Positions 7,858 through 16,358 of a stretch of 32,000 bases of DNA are shown here, piece by piece. The notes under the pieces are model-generated. The model was not told the origin of the DNA, ran no database searches, and worked only from the letters and a program-made list of their open reading frames with translations. How positions within the stretch are numbered: position 1 is the first letter of the stretch; every line of letters starts with the position of its first letter. Origin of the DNA: Erysipelothrix larvae (GTDB lineage: Bacteria > Bacillota_I > Bacilli_A > Erysipelotrichales > Erysipelotrichaceae); NCBI RefSeq assembly GCF_001545095.1, contig NZ_CP013213.1:2100001-2132000 (forward strand), given 5' to 3'. The position numbers and the translations under genes were made by a program.

Positions 7858-7983
7858 TTAGGTGTTTTCTTTTTCGAACACAATTACATTTGGATAGTCT
7901 TGATTGGTAGTAAGTATCACTTTTGCTTTAAGTTTCTCTTCGACTAAAGCCCATAAGATAATCTTTCTAATTAGTTTTTTCAT
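7858..7983 (-). CDS. Possible 41-aa ORF (not in the ORF track)
   Basis: Its ATG overlaps the stop of the upstream 73-aa gene (ATGA). Manual translation gives MKKLIRKIILWALVEEKLKAKVILTTNQDYPNVIVFEKENT. Confidence 0.3.
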   Translation of the reverse strand: MKKLIRKIILWALVEEKLKAKVILTTNQDYPNVIVFEKENT

Positions 7984-8201
7984 TTCGCTCTCCTCTTCTT
8001 TCTACGCCATTCGTGGAATAACTCCTGTGGTACCCTGTTTTCAAACATTTCATATTGATACGTTTCAAGTTCATAATCTTTTACGTAGCTAAATATCTCT
8101 TTAGATTTGGGGATGCCACACTGCATGTAGTTGCGTATGTCTGTTACATATATGTAGCGCTTAGGATTTCCTTTGCTATTTAAGATTAGTTCTTGAGTCA
8201 T
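7980..8201 (-). CDS. Hypothetical early protein (73 aa, basic C-terminus)
   Basis: RBS AAGGAG. It is the second gene of the Cro-side operon. Confidence 0.55.
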   Translation of the reverse strand: MTQELILNSKGNPKRYIYVTDIRNYMQCGIPKSKEIFSYVKDYELETYQYEMFENRVPQELFHEWRRKKRRAK

Positions 8202-8224
8202 GTTTATTCTCCTTTCTTTCAGTA

Positions 8225-8243
8225 ATATGCTTTAATAGCATAT
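8225..8243. promoter_or_regulatory. Operator-type inverted repeat ATATGCT-N5-AGCATAT (perfect copy)
   Basis: Read directly from the sequence. The same 19-bp architecture recurs four times at 8500..8618. Confidence 0.55.
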
Positions 8244-8265
8244 TTATATTTAAAAAAATTATGTT

Positions 8266-8478
8266 TTACTCATACCCAATACATTTCTTAATTAATTCTA
8301 AAGGTGGATTAAACTTAATTATCAGATTTCGCAAGTCATCCAGGCTAAACGAATATTCACCGCTCACTTTACGTGAATAAACACTTTGAGACATATCTAT
8401 CTCCCTAGCCATAGCTGTCATCGACAGATTATTTTCTTCTCGAATCATTTCGAAGACATCAACAATTCTATTTTCCAT
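8266..8478 (-). CDS. Cro-like HTH regulator (70 aa)
   Basis: HTH segment NNLSMTAMAREIDMSQSVYSRKVSG. It is divergent from the CI-like gene. RBS is AAGGAGAG. Confidence 0.7.
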   Translation of the reverse strand: MENRIVDVFEMIREENNLSMTAMAREIDMSQSVYSRKVSGEYSFSLDDLRNLIIKFNPPLELIKKCIGYE

Positions 8479-8499
8479 TTTGCTCTCCTTTCAACAGCG

Positions 8500-8618
8500 A
8501 TATGCTGTAATCACATATTATGCTAAAATCACATATCTGTCAATAGAAAAATGTGAAAATAGCATATTTTCCTTTACTTTCCGTTATAAATATACTAAAA
8601 TATGCGTATACAGCATAA
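8500..8618. promoter_or_regulatory. CI/Cro switch region with four 19-bp operator copies (8500-8518, 8518-8536, 8549-8567, 8600-8618)
   Basis: The copies are ATATGCT-GTAAT-CACATAT, TTATGCT-AAAAT-CACATAT, AAATGTG-AAAAT-AGCATAT and ATATGCG-TATAC-AGCATAA. They lie between the divergent HTH genes. Confidence 0.6.
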
Positions 8619-8630
8619 AGGGGTGAATAT

Positions 8631-8867
8631 ATGAGCAAGGTTAGTGAATTAGTTAAAGAGGCGAGGATTAATGCCGGACTAACACAGATTGAAGTTGTAG
8701 ATCAGTTAAGTAGTATCGGAATAAAAATCACACAGTCAAAACTTTCTAGAATAGAAAGCGGAACATACAAAATGCCTACGGAATGGTTGTTGCCATTTGC
8801 AAAGATATACGGCATTAATCCGCTTAACCTTTTTTTGACAGATAGTGAGATTAATAATTTAAAGTGA
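8631..8867 (+). CDS. XRE-family HTH regulator, CI-like repressor candidate (78 aa, no peptidase domain)
   Basis: Motif LVKEARINAGLTQIEVVDQLSSIGIKITQSKLSRIESG. RBS is AAGGGG. Confidence 0.75.
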   Translation: MSKVSELVKEARINAGLTQIEVVDQLSSIGIKITQSKLSRIESGTYKMPTEWLLPFAKIYGINPLNLFLTDSEINNLK

Positions 8868-8982
8868 AGTGATTATTATATAAAAAACCCCTGCGCAAAC
8901 AGAGGTGAATGAGTACAGATTAAACTACTGCTAGGTGGTTTTTCTGTACTCCAATTATATCATATATAAAGGAGTGATTAAA

Positions 8983-10089
8983 GTGGCAGTATATGAAGAT
9001 AAAAAGCGTGGCACATGGTACTTTGATATACAGTATCGTGACTCTACTGGGAAAGGAAAGAGTCTAAAACGCAGAGGCTTCAAAACCGAAGGGATTGCCG
9101 AAAGAGCAGAACGGAAGATGCTAAGAGATATCAAAAAAGAAGACCTACCTAAAAGCACACGATCCATGCGGGATATAGGATTAGAGATGATTGAAGAAAA
9201 ATCTGTCGACATTCTCCCAGAAACGAAAGACCAACGTATCCAGCAAATTAATGATTACATGCCAGATAAACCTATTGGCGGCATTACTTCAGCAAAGGCT
9301 GTAAAATGGCGCAACGATCTAGACGAACTTAAATTGCAAAATGGAAAACCCCTAAGTGTTACTTATAAGAACAGAATGATACATATGTTCAAAGCTATCA
9401 TTAAGTATGCTATTGCATATGATTACATCCAAATAGATCCCACTTTGCGGATGAACTTATATAAGAAAACATCAAGAGATAATCTCAACTATAATGTTCC
9501 TGCTCCTGAAACCTTTTTTGAGGCCTACCACAAGCTGAAAGAAAAGACACCTAATAATGTTTGGTTTAAAATGACAGTCCTAATAGCGTACACCTGTGGA
9601 CTTAGTAGGGCAGAAATTAAAGGTCTATCCGGTAAACATTTCAACAATAAGCAACTACGAATCATTGACACGATATCCGGAAAAGATAAGCGCGATCGCA
9701 ATAAAAAAGGTCCTACTAAGAGGCCATCTAGAAACAGAACTGTAAATGTAGACACATACACCAATGATGAGCTTTTAAGGCTGAAAGAAATCCTGGTAAA
9801 ATGGGAATTGTATGATGACGATAAACTATTAATAGGATATGATTCTGCTTTCCCAAACAATACAATTCAGAACAACTTCAAAGGGATGAACCTAGGATGT
9901 AGGTTCCACGATTTAAGACACGCGCACACCACCTATCTCATTGAGAATGGCGTTCCAATAAATTTAGTAGCTAAAAGACTTGGTCACGCAAGCGTTGTCA
10001 CTACATTAAATGTGTACACTCATGCTATGTCAGACACTGAAGAAGAAGCGTTGAAAGTGTTAGAAGAAATTGTGTCTAAAAATCTATAG
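8983..10089 (+). CDS. int: Phage integrase, tyrosine recombinase
   Basis: Start re-assigned to GTG at 8983 behind AAGGAG (VAVYEDKKRGTWYFDIQY, an arm-binding-type N-terminus). C-terminal motifs are HDLRHAHTTYL and LGHASVVTTLNVYTH. Confidence 0.9.
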   Translation: MAVYEDKKRGTWYFDIQYRDSTGKGKSLKRRGFKTEGIAERAERKMLRDIKKEDLPKSTRSMRDIGLEMIEEKSVDILPETKDQRIQQINDYMPDKPIGGITSAKAVKWRNDLDELKLQNGKPLSVTYKNRMIHMFKAIIKYAIAYDYIQIDPTLRMNLYKKTSRDNLNYNVPAPETFFEAYHKLKEKTPNNVWFKMTVLIAYTCGLSRAEIKGLSGKHFNNKQLRIIDTISGKDKRDRNKKGPTKRPSRNRTVNVDTYTNDELLRLKEILVKWELYDDDKLLIGYDSAFPNNTIQNNFKGMNLGCRFHDLRHAHTTYLIENGVPINLVAKRLGHASVVTTLNVYTHAMSDTEEEALKVLEEIVSKNL

Positions 10090-10090
10090 C

Positions 10091-10112
10091 GTGGGTATAC
10101 AATGGGTATACA
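10091..10112 (+). repeat. Tandem 11-bp repeat GTGGGTATACA / ATGGGTATACA
   Basis: Read directly from the sequence. It starts 2 nt after the integrase stop and shares TGGnnATACA with the repeat at 10270. Confidence 0.7.
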
Positions 10113-10228
10113 TTTTTAAAAACTGTATAAAATAGCATGCCTATAATGCTCAAAAAGCCACTAAATACGATACTATTCAACAATAAATAACGTTTAATAC
10201 AATCTCGGTGGCGGCACCAGTAGTCTTC

Positions 10229-10253
10229 AAACCCACTAAAGAGTGGGTTTTTT
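10229..10253 (+). terminator. Hairpin AAACCCACT-AAAG-AGTGGGTTTTTT. It is terminator-like and near-identical in its stem to the tRNA-Gln terminator.
   Basis: Read directly from the sequence and compared with 10828..10852. Confidence 0.55.
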
Positions 10254-10269
10254 AATACCCTAAAACACT

Positions 10270-10291
10270 GTGGCGATACAGTGGCGATACA
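10270..10291 (+). repeat. Tandem 11-bp repeat GTGGCGATACA x2
   Basis: Read directly from the sequence; the two copies are perfect. Confidence 0.7.
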
Positions 10292-10604
10292 AAATGCTTT
10301 CTATAATAAGAAGATTTTTATTTTCCTATCATAAACCCTCAGCTACTGCAAGGGTTTTTATTATTGTGTGTAAAGAGGGATCGGTTAAAGGCTCGCACTA
10401 TGAAGAAATCAACACCTATCAAACTGGAATCAAATCTCAAAGATTTACTAAAAAAGCGTAATTGCATACGTGCTATCAAAAGCAAGAGGGATCGGCAAGA
10501 CTACAATGCATGCTTAAATGGTGTCTCAAAGCATTAAAATTGTAATAAAAAAATCGTGCCCATCAAAAGAGATAGACATTATGAGCGTTATGGTTAAATT
10601 ATGA

Positions 10605-10754
10605 AATTCCCACCATGCGATCAATTATAAAATAGATGGTAGACATCATCAAAAAGACCGGAGAATAAAAGATTGTGAGATTGCCCAACGGACAGGCCAT
10701 AGCGCGGAAACGTTAAACGCCCATTACAAACACATCTTCGACGAACAGCAATAA
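10605..10754 (+). pseudogene. C-terminal remnant of a tyrosine integrase
   Basis: Manual translation gives ...SHHAINYKIDGRHHQKDRRIKDCEIAQRTGHSAETLNAHYKHIFDEQQ*. It retains the GHS..T...Y.H catalytic-Tyr motif. The frame is closed by TGA just upstream, and there is no start codon or RBS. Confidence 0.5.
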
Positions 10755-10827
10755 TTGAAAAATGATAAACTAGATAAAATATAACCGAAAATGTTACAAA
10801 TTTGTTACAATTGGAAATCCAAGCAAT

Positions 10828-10852
10828 AAAAAACCCACTCGATAGTGGGTGT
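10828..10852 (-). terminator. Rho-independent terminator of tRNA-Gln
   Basis: The minus strand reads ACCCACTATCGAGTGGGTTTTTT, immediately downstream of the tRNA 3' end. Confidence 0.7.
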
Positions 10853-10862
10853 TTCTTTATAT

Positions 10863-10938
10863 TGGCTGGGCTACCTGGATTCGAACCAGGGAAATGCCAG
10901 AGTCAAAGTCTGGTGCCTTACCGCTTGGCTATAGCCCA
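10863..10938 (-). tRNA. tRNA-Gln (anticodon UUG), CCA encoded
   Basis: The reverse complement TGGGCTATAGCCAAGCGGTAAGGCACCAGACTTTGACTCTGG...GGTTCGAATCCAGGTAGCCCAGCCA folds as a cloverleaf. The anticodon loop is CTTTGAC. Confidence 0.92.
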
Positions 10939-10962
10939 ATTTTTTCCTGTGGTGCGTTTTCA

Positions 10963-10990
10963 ATTATAGCATACACGCCAACAAATGCAA
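10963..10990 (-). promoter_or_regulatory. Sigma-A-type promoter for tRNA-Gln (TTGCAT, 16-nt spacer, TGCTATAAT)
   Basis: -35 and extended -10 elements read on the minus strand about 25 nt upstream of the tRNA 5' end. Confidence 0.55.
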
Positions 10991-11082
10991 GTAATTTCGA
11001 GTAATTTTCACCTTAAATTTCCGCTTAATTCTTTTAGACCTACTTAACAGACCAAAAACCACTTAAAATCCATGATGTTTCC

Positions 11083-11111
11083 TTGTAAGAAAAGCCATTT
11101 AAGGTTATAGT
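11083..11111 (+). promoter_or_regulatory. Putative pta promoter (TTGTAA, 17-nt spacer, TATAGT)
   Basis: Hexamers and spacing read directly from the sequence. Confidence 0.45.
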
Positions 11112-11136
11112 TATACGTGTATTAAAGGAGGATATT

Positions 11137-12111
11137 ATGGAATTATTTGAACGTTTAAAAGATAAAGTAAGCGGCAAAGATATTCGCATTGTTTTCCCAG
11201 AAGGAAATGATGTAAGAATTATTGGTGCTTCAGTACGTTTAGCAGCAGATGGTCTTGTTAAACCAATATTACTGGGAAACCCAGAAGAAATCACAGAAAT
11301 CGGAAGAAACCAAGGGTTTATTACGGATAAAGTTGAAATCATCAACCCAGAAACTTACGATGATGTTGACACGCTTGTTGATGCATTTGTTGAACGTCGT
11401 AAAGGTAAAGTCACTGTGGAACAAGCCCGTGATTTACTGAAAGATGGCAACTACTTCGGGACAATGCTTACCTATACTGGAAAAGCAGATGCGATGGTGA
11501 GTGGTGCAATTCACTCAACAGGTGATACTGTACGTCCTGCACTACAAATCATCAAAACAAAACCTGGTGTAAGCCGTACAAGTGGTGCATTTATTATGTC
11601 ACGTCGTGGTGAAACATACTTGTTTGCAGATTGTGCAATCAACATCAATCCAAATTCTCAAGAATTAGCTGAAATTGCGGTTGAAAGTGCAAAAACTGCT
11701 GAACTCTTTGACATCGATCCTCGTGTCGCAATGTTAAGTTTCTCTACCAAAGGCTCTGCAAAAGGTGAAAGTGTTGATAAAGTAAGTGAAGCAGCACGCA
11801 TCGCTCAAGAACTTGCACCACAATATGAAATTGATGGTGAACTTCAATTTGATGCAGCGTTTGTGCCTGTAGTCGCAAAACTAAAAGCACCAGACTCAAA
11901 AGTTGCTGGAACAGCACGCGTATTCATTTTCCCTGAAATTCAATCTGGAAACATTGGTTATAAGATTGCACAACGCTTTGGTGATTTTGAAGCAATTGGA
12001 CCAATCTTACAAGGGCTCAATAAACCAGTGTCCGACTTATCACGTGGTTGTAATGAAGAAGATGTATATAAATTATCAATCATAACTGCAGCACAAACAT
12101 TACTGAAATAA
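11137..12111 (+). CDS. pta: Phosphate acetyltransferase
   Basis: 324 aa, short Firmicute-type Pta. Motifs are IVFPEGNDVRIIGA, AMVSGAIHSTGDTVRPALQIIKT and QSGNIGYKIAQRFG. RBS is AAGGAGG. Confidence 0.95.
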   Translation: MELFERLKDKVSGKDIRIVFPEGNDVRIIGASVRLAADGLVKPILLGNPEEITEIGRNQGFITDKVEIINPETYDDVDTLVDAFVERRKGKVTVEQARDLLKDGNYFGTMLTYTGKADAMVSGAIHSTGDTVRPALQIIKTKPGVSRTSGAFIMSRRGETYLFADCAININPNSQELAEIAVESAKTAELFDIDPRVAMLSFSTKGSAKGESVDKVSEAARIAQELAPQYEIDGELQFDAAFVPVVAKLKAPDSKVAGTARVFIFPEIQSGNIGYKIAQRFGDFEAIGPILQGLNKPVSDLSRGCNEEDVYKLSIITAAQTLLK

Positions 12112-12127
12112 TTTAGACTAAAACAAA

Positions 12128-12155
12128 GGGAAGCACGTTCAATGCTTCCCTTTTC
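12128..12155 (+). terminator. Terminator hairpin GGGAAGCA-N7-TGCTTCCC plus a T-tract, between convergent pta and the aldo/keto reductase
   Basis: Read directly from the sequence. Confidence 0.7.
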
Positions 12156-13130
12156 TTATACACATTTATCGGTTTTAAGTTCCAAATATTCGATTTCTTG
12201 TTTCGTAAGCTCAATGTCAAGCGCCTTTAGACTTGATTCAAGTTCATGCATGTTACGAGGACCAATCGATGCAAATACATTAAATCTAGGATGAAGGACA
12301 TACGCTAAGGCAACATTCACTGGTTCAATGCCCCCACCACGTTTGGTGGCAACTTCAATCACGCGATTGAGTTTCTTAAAGTTATCTTCTGTAAAGTAAG
12401 CATTTTTAATATCTTCAGGAGCTTCACTATCGATTGAGGACCACAAAGGCACAAAGAATCCTGCTGATTGAGCAGCCCATGATAGAATTGTGATGCCTTC
12501 TTCATTGGATGATTGTACATAATCAGCATCTACGTAAACTGTACCTACCCAGCGTGGTTTATTAATGGTTGCAAGGCTGTACGAAGGACTGTTTACTCGG
12601 ATCCCTGTGTATCCTTTTGACTTGCAATAAGAAACCGCTTCTTGAATGCGTTCATTGGACCAATTTGACATACCATATGTTTTAATTTTCCCTTCGAGAT
12701 GGTGCTTCTCCAAGGTGTCCATCAGACCTGAAACCGGTTCATTCACATCATCGCGATGGAGTAAGTAAATGTCGAAGTAATCAACACCCATATTTTGAAG
12801 ACTGTATTCAAGATCTTCGGTAATGTATTCAGGCTTTACACGACTCTTTTCAGGATAATGAACATTGTTTTCGTCCACATAATGATGACACGCTTTATTG
12901 ATGATGATCAGTTGGTCACGATTTTTGCGATCATTTAACCATTCAGTAATGATCGCTTCACTTTTACCACCATTATAGAAACGACCTGTGTCGATCACAT
13001 TGCCACCGGCTGCGACATAGCGATCCAATAAATCATAAATCACTGTTTTAAATTCTGGAGCAAACCATCCTGTCCCCATCACGACACGGGATACTTTCTT
13101 ATCAAGTCCTTTGATTGTTGTAACGTTCAT
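12156..13130 (-). CDS. Aldo/keto reductase family oxidoreductase
   Basis: 324 aa. The layout is typical of the family: MGTGWF, IDTGRFYNGGKSE, and MSNWS...RI. Confidence 0.85.
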   Translation of the reverse strand: MNVTTIKGLDKKVSRVVMGTGWFAPEFKTVIYDLLDRYVAAGGNVIDTGRFYNGGKSEAIITEWLNDRKNRDQLIIINKACHHYVDENNVHYPEKSRVKPEYITEDLEYSLQNMGVDYFDIYLLHRDDVNEPVSGLMDTLEKHHLEGKIKTYGMSNWSNERIQEAVSYCKSKGYTGIRVNSPSYSLATINKPRWVGTVYVDADYVQSSNEEGITILSWAAQSAGFFVPLWSSIDSEAPEDIKNAYFTEDNFKKLNRVIEVATKRGGGIEPVNVALAYVLHPRFNVFASIGPRNMHELESSLKALDIELTKQEIEYLELKTDKCV

Positions 13131-13132
13131 TT

Positions 13133-14360
13133 TTATACGACCTCTTTTCTAGAAAATGCACTCACACCAAATGTGCGTTTATAAAAGTATGATAGAACAA
13201 CCATTAATCCAAATCCAACCATTGAGATAATCATGATAATTTTCAAGAATACTGTGAAATCTGTATTAATAGTTTGTGCTGCCAAGATTGGCATCACATA
13301 CGTAGCTGCAGAGAAAAACAAGCTGTATGCAGATGTATTAATCCCCTTATATTTTGGAAAGAACTGCGATATCAATGCAGTACCAATTTGAAGCACACCC
13401 CCTGCAGCTGTAAACCCAATTACAAAGGATCCGACAAGTGCCATTGGTTGACTTGGCACAAAGTAAATGAGCATATAAAAGATTGCAGTTATACATGTAT
13501 AGATGACAAGGATCGCGATATCCCGAATTTTTAAACTTAGCCATAATGATTGATGTAGAAATGACTGCGCAAAATGACCCTAATGTATAAAGCGAGAGTA
13601 AAAGGCGTGATGAAAAATCATCCATCATTAAAATCTGTTGACCATACAAAGTAATGACTTGTTGATAGGAATAGAAACAAGCCATGCACACAAATGCATA
13701 TACTAAGAGGATTGCACCTTCAACATAATATCGTGGTTGGTTTGCAAAGTGTGTTTCAATGAGTTTTGAAACCTTCTTTTCGTTGCCTTCTTTTAAATCA
13801 CTGTCCGGAAATCGTTTATTCAGCATATAGATAACATTGAGTGCCACAATAACAAGAGGTACTAAAATCGAAATACCAATCCATACATTATTCTTTGTTA
13901 ATAGACCCACAAACAAGGGGAATATAAATCCAGAAACCGAAATAAATCCTTTCACAATCACACTTGCAACACTGGATTTATCGGGGTAGATTTCCATCAA
14001 AGCTGGGTATGTCGCTGCATCTAAAAAGGATGTCGCTGCTCCCGCAGAAAAGGCAACAATTGATGCCATTGTTACTGAATTGGCTACGAGCAATCCTCCA
14101 AAGAAGAATAAATAGCCCGCCATCCCAATATACACAAGGGGTTTTCTTCCGAAATAATCGGATAGAAATCCTGAAAACAATAGGATAATGACTTTTCCAA
14201 TACCAATGATCGCAATGACCCCTAAAACACCTGCACTATCTGTTCCCCATTTATCTGCAAAAAAAGATGCATTTTGGGAAATGATAATGGCTTGCATCCC
14301 TTGGACGAAATAATTCATATAAAGCCCAAGCGATGTTTTAAAATACTGATTATTTTTCAT
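13133..14360 (-). pseudogene. MFS transporter interrupted by a -1/+1 frameshift at an A5 run (coding strand), near 13528-13532
   Basis: ORFs 13347..14360 and 13133..13474 are consecutive parts of one MFS protein. The reading ...IIMAKFK|IRDIAILVIYTCITAIFYMLIYFVPSQP... is restored by removing one A from TTTAAAAATT. Confidence 0.7.
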
Positions 14361-14401
14361 ACGCTCCTCCTGGATAGTGTTACTTCCAAAAGGAATAATG
14401 T

Positions 14402-15301
14402 CTAAACACTTAAGTGATTACATATCCAATCAATGAAATGTTTTACTGTAACATTTTCATGTTTTATTTTATTATAGCCAACATAAATACTGCGCACAAA
14501 CTGTGGGTTGTGAATTTCCAAGACGGTGACACCGGGTTGTTCCAAATTTTCTGAGTAAGGGAGAATCGCAAACCCCAAATCGCGTTTTACATAATTGATG
14601 ATGCTTGACTCATCTTCTAATTCCGCACCTACTTCAAATGGACATCCGATACTTTCGAAGAGTGAATTAATTTCTGCTTTGGTTCCAAACTTTCGTTTGT
14701 ATTGAATCAATGGGATTCCTATCGTGTCATTTAAATCTATACTTTGGTTTTGACTGAGCAAGGAAGTTTCACACACAACCGCTACATAATTCTGTTCAAA
14801 TACTTTGATGAACTTCAGATCTTTATCATCTCTTAAAATTCGATTTATAAAGACCAAATCAAAGCGTCCATGCTTCAAGCCATCCAGTAATTCAATCGTA
14901 CATTCTGCTGTTGCTGTATCACTTTCGAATAAATCAAAGTGTATCTTTGGTGCGCCTTTTTTATACCCTGCTACAATCTCAGGGATAAATTGTGAGCTTA
15001 ATGAGTATAAAAATCCAATCCTCAAGGTTTCTGACATCTTTTCCTTCATGATATTAAGATGTTGAATGCCTTGTTGGAGCTCATGCATCGATTTTGAAAC
15101 ATACGCACCAAATACCTTTCCATATTCAGTAAGGACAACATGACGACCGCTTCGTTCAAACAAAGGTACACCCAATTCTTCTTCTAAGTTACTTATCGCA
15201 ACACTTAAACTGGGTTGACTGATATAGAGCAACTGGGCAGCATGGGTAAAGTGCAATGTTTCAGATAATGTTAGGAAATACTGTAATTGACTATAGTTCA
15301 T
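14402..15301 (-). CDS. LysR-family transcriptional regulator
   Basis: 299 aa. N-terminal HTH MNYSQLQYFLTLSETLHFTHAAQLLYISQPSLSVAISNLEEELGVPLFER. Confidence 0.92.
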   Translation of the reverse strand: MNYSQLQYFLTLSETLHFTHAAQLLYISQPSLSVAISNLEEELGVPLFERSGRHVVLTEYGKVFGAYVSKSMHELQQGIQHLNIMKEKMSETLRIGFLYSLSSQFIPEIVAGYKKGAPKIHFDLFESDTATAECTIELLDGLKHGRFDLVFINRILRDDKDLKFIKVFEQNYVAVVCETSLLSQNQSIDLNDTIGIPLIQYKRKFGTKAEINSLFESIGCPFEVGAELEDESSIINYVKRDLGFAILPYSENLEQPGVTVLEIHNPQFVRSIYVGYNKIKHENVTVKHFIDWICNHLSV

Positions 15302-15831
15302 ATATATTCACCTTAAGCGTCTATTGATCATCCCCTTAGCTTGTGAAATAACTATCACGTACATCATAGGCGACCTATCAAATAAAAACAAATTGTATGT
15401 TTCAATGAAACAACCAAACGATAGTTTTAGACTATAAATCCTCTTTCTATTCTATATTATATCTTATTCATGGTGTATATTAAACCCGTGCTGTATTTGA
15501 AATACCCTTTAAACAGTACACTTTTTATGATCTTTGGGATAAAGAAGAAAATCCCTAGTTATTCGTGAGTAATCACAGCGCTTTGTATCTATTAATTCAA
15601 TTTATATCAAGAGTTCCCTTCCCTGAAGTAGTTTCTGAGTATTATAAATGATTTACATACAGTGCGTAAATTTCTATGTTATTCTCAAAATAATCGACTT
15701 CGAAACTTATACATTGCGATAACCCTTACTAAATAAAGCAGATTTGTTCATCTGCGAAACGGACTCAAAACACCGAAATCATGCTTATTAAGAGCTCTGA
15801 AAATTTTTTTGAATTTTTTTCTATTTTCTTG

Positions 15832-15860
15832 TTGACTATGAAGTTTCTAAATGGTATATT
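15832..15860 (+). promoter_or_regulatory. Strong promoter for the tRNA cluster (TTGACT, 17-nt spacer, TGGTATATT) with an upstream A/T-rich UP-like tract
   Basis: Read directly from the sequence, about 19 nt upstream of tRNA-Val. Confidence 0.6.
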
Positions 15861-15878
15861 ATATAAGCACTAAGCAAT

Positions 15879-15954
15879 GGAGGATTAGCTCAGTTGGGAG
15901 AGCACCTGCCTTACAAGCAGGGGGTCGGCGGTTCGAGCCCGTCATCCTCCACCA
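15879..15954 (+). tRNA. tRNA-Val (UAC)
   Basis: Cloverleaf GGAGGATTAGCTCAGTTGGGAGAGC...CCTGCCTTACAAGCAGG...GGTTCGAGCC...ATCCTCCACCA. Confidence 0.93.
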
Positions 15955-15976
15955 TTTCTTTTTTTTTAAAGAAAAT

Positions 15977-16052
15977 GCCGATTTAGCTCAATTGGTAGAG
16001 CAACTGATTTGTAATCAGTAGGTTGTGGGTTCAAGTCCTATAATCGGCACCA
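15977..16052 (+). tRNA. tRNA-Thr (UGU)
   Basis: Cloverleaf GCCGATTTAGCTCAATTGGTAGAGC with anticodon arm ACTGA-TTTGTAA-TCAGT. It ends in GGCACCA. Confidence 0.92.
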
Positions 16053-16060
16053 TTTTTAAT

Positions 16061-16144
16061 GGGTAGGTAGCGAAGAGGCTAAACGCGGTAGACTGTAAAT
16101 CTACTCCTTAGGGTTCGGCGGTTCGAATCCGTCCCTGCCCACCA
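16061..16144 (+). tRNA. tRNA-Tyr (GUA), long variable arm
   Basis: GGGTAGGTAGCGAAGAGGCTAAACGCGGTAGACTGTAAATCTACT...GGTTCGAATCC...CCTGCCCACCA. Confidence 0.92.
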
Positions 16145-16151
16145 TCGATGT

Positions 16152-16227
16152 GACCCGTTAGCTCAGGTGGTAGAGCAACTGACTTTTAATCAGTGGGTCG
16201 TAGGTTCGAGTCCTACACGGGTCACCA
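16152..16227 (+). tRNA. tRNA-Lys (UUU)
   Basis: GACCCGTTAGCTCAGGTGGTAGAGC with anticodon arm ACTGA-CTTTTAA-TCAGT. It ends in GGGTCACCA. Confidence 0.93.
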
Positions 16228-16242
16228 TCTAAATTAAATTAT

Positions 16243-16316
16243 GCGGGTGTAGTTTAATGGTAAAACTCCAGCCTTCCAAGCTGGCTACGGGGGTTCGATT
16301 CCCCTCACCCGCTCCA
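16243..16316 (+). tRNA. tRNA-Gly (UCC)
   Basis: GCGGGTGTAGTTTAATGGTAAAAC with anticodon arm CCAGC-CTTCCAA-GCTGG. It ends in CACCCGCTCCA. Confidence 0.93.
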
Positions 16317-16329
16317 ATTTTAAATCACA

Positions 16330-16358
16330 AACTCCTTACACTTGTTGGGAGTTTTTTT
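16330..16358 (+). terminator. Terminator of the tRNA cluster (AACTCC...GGAGTT plus T7)
   Basis: Read directly from the sequence. Confidence 0.65.

Larger units (their letters stand above)
1..10262. mobile_element. Right-hand portion of an integrated temperate-phage-like element (lysogeny switch, early, replication and ParB/PcfK/PcfJ modules, terminal integrase). The left end lies outside the window.
   Basis: Contiguous phage-type genes with strong RBSs and overlapping stops and starts. A CI/Cro divergent pair and a tyrosine integrase sit at the right end, followed by repeats and a tRNA gene. No structural genes are seen in the window. Confidence 0.8.

Noticed and set aside
8935-8982. Upstream extensions of ORF-track starts: int at 8935, also 3810, 4220, 16617, 20402, 22273, 24991 and 31106
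   Set aside because: In each case an internal start has a proper SD at 6-9 nt and gives a canonical N-terminus, while the longer start has no RBS.
10270-10461. 63-aa ORF in the att-proximal region
   Set aside because: It begins inside the tandem 11-bp repeats, spans a terminator-like hairpin (10333..10362) and has no RBS. It is more likely non-coding remnant DNA.
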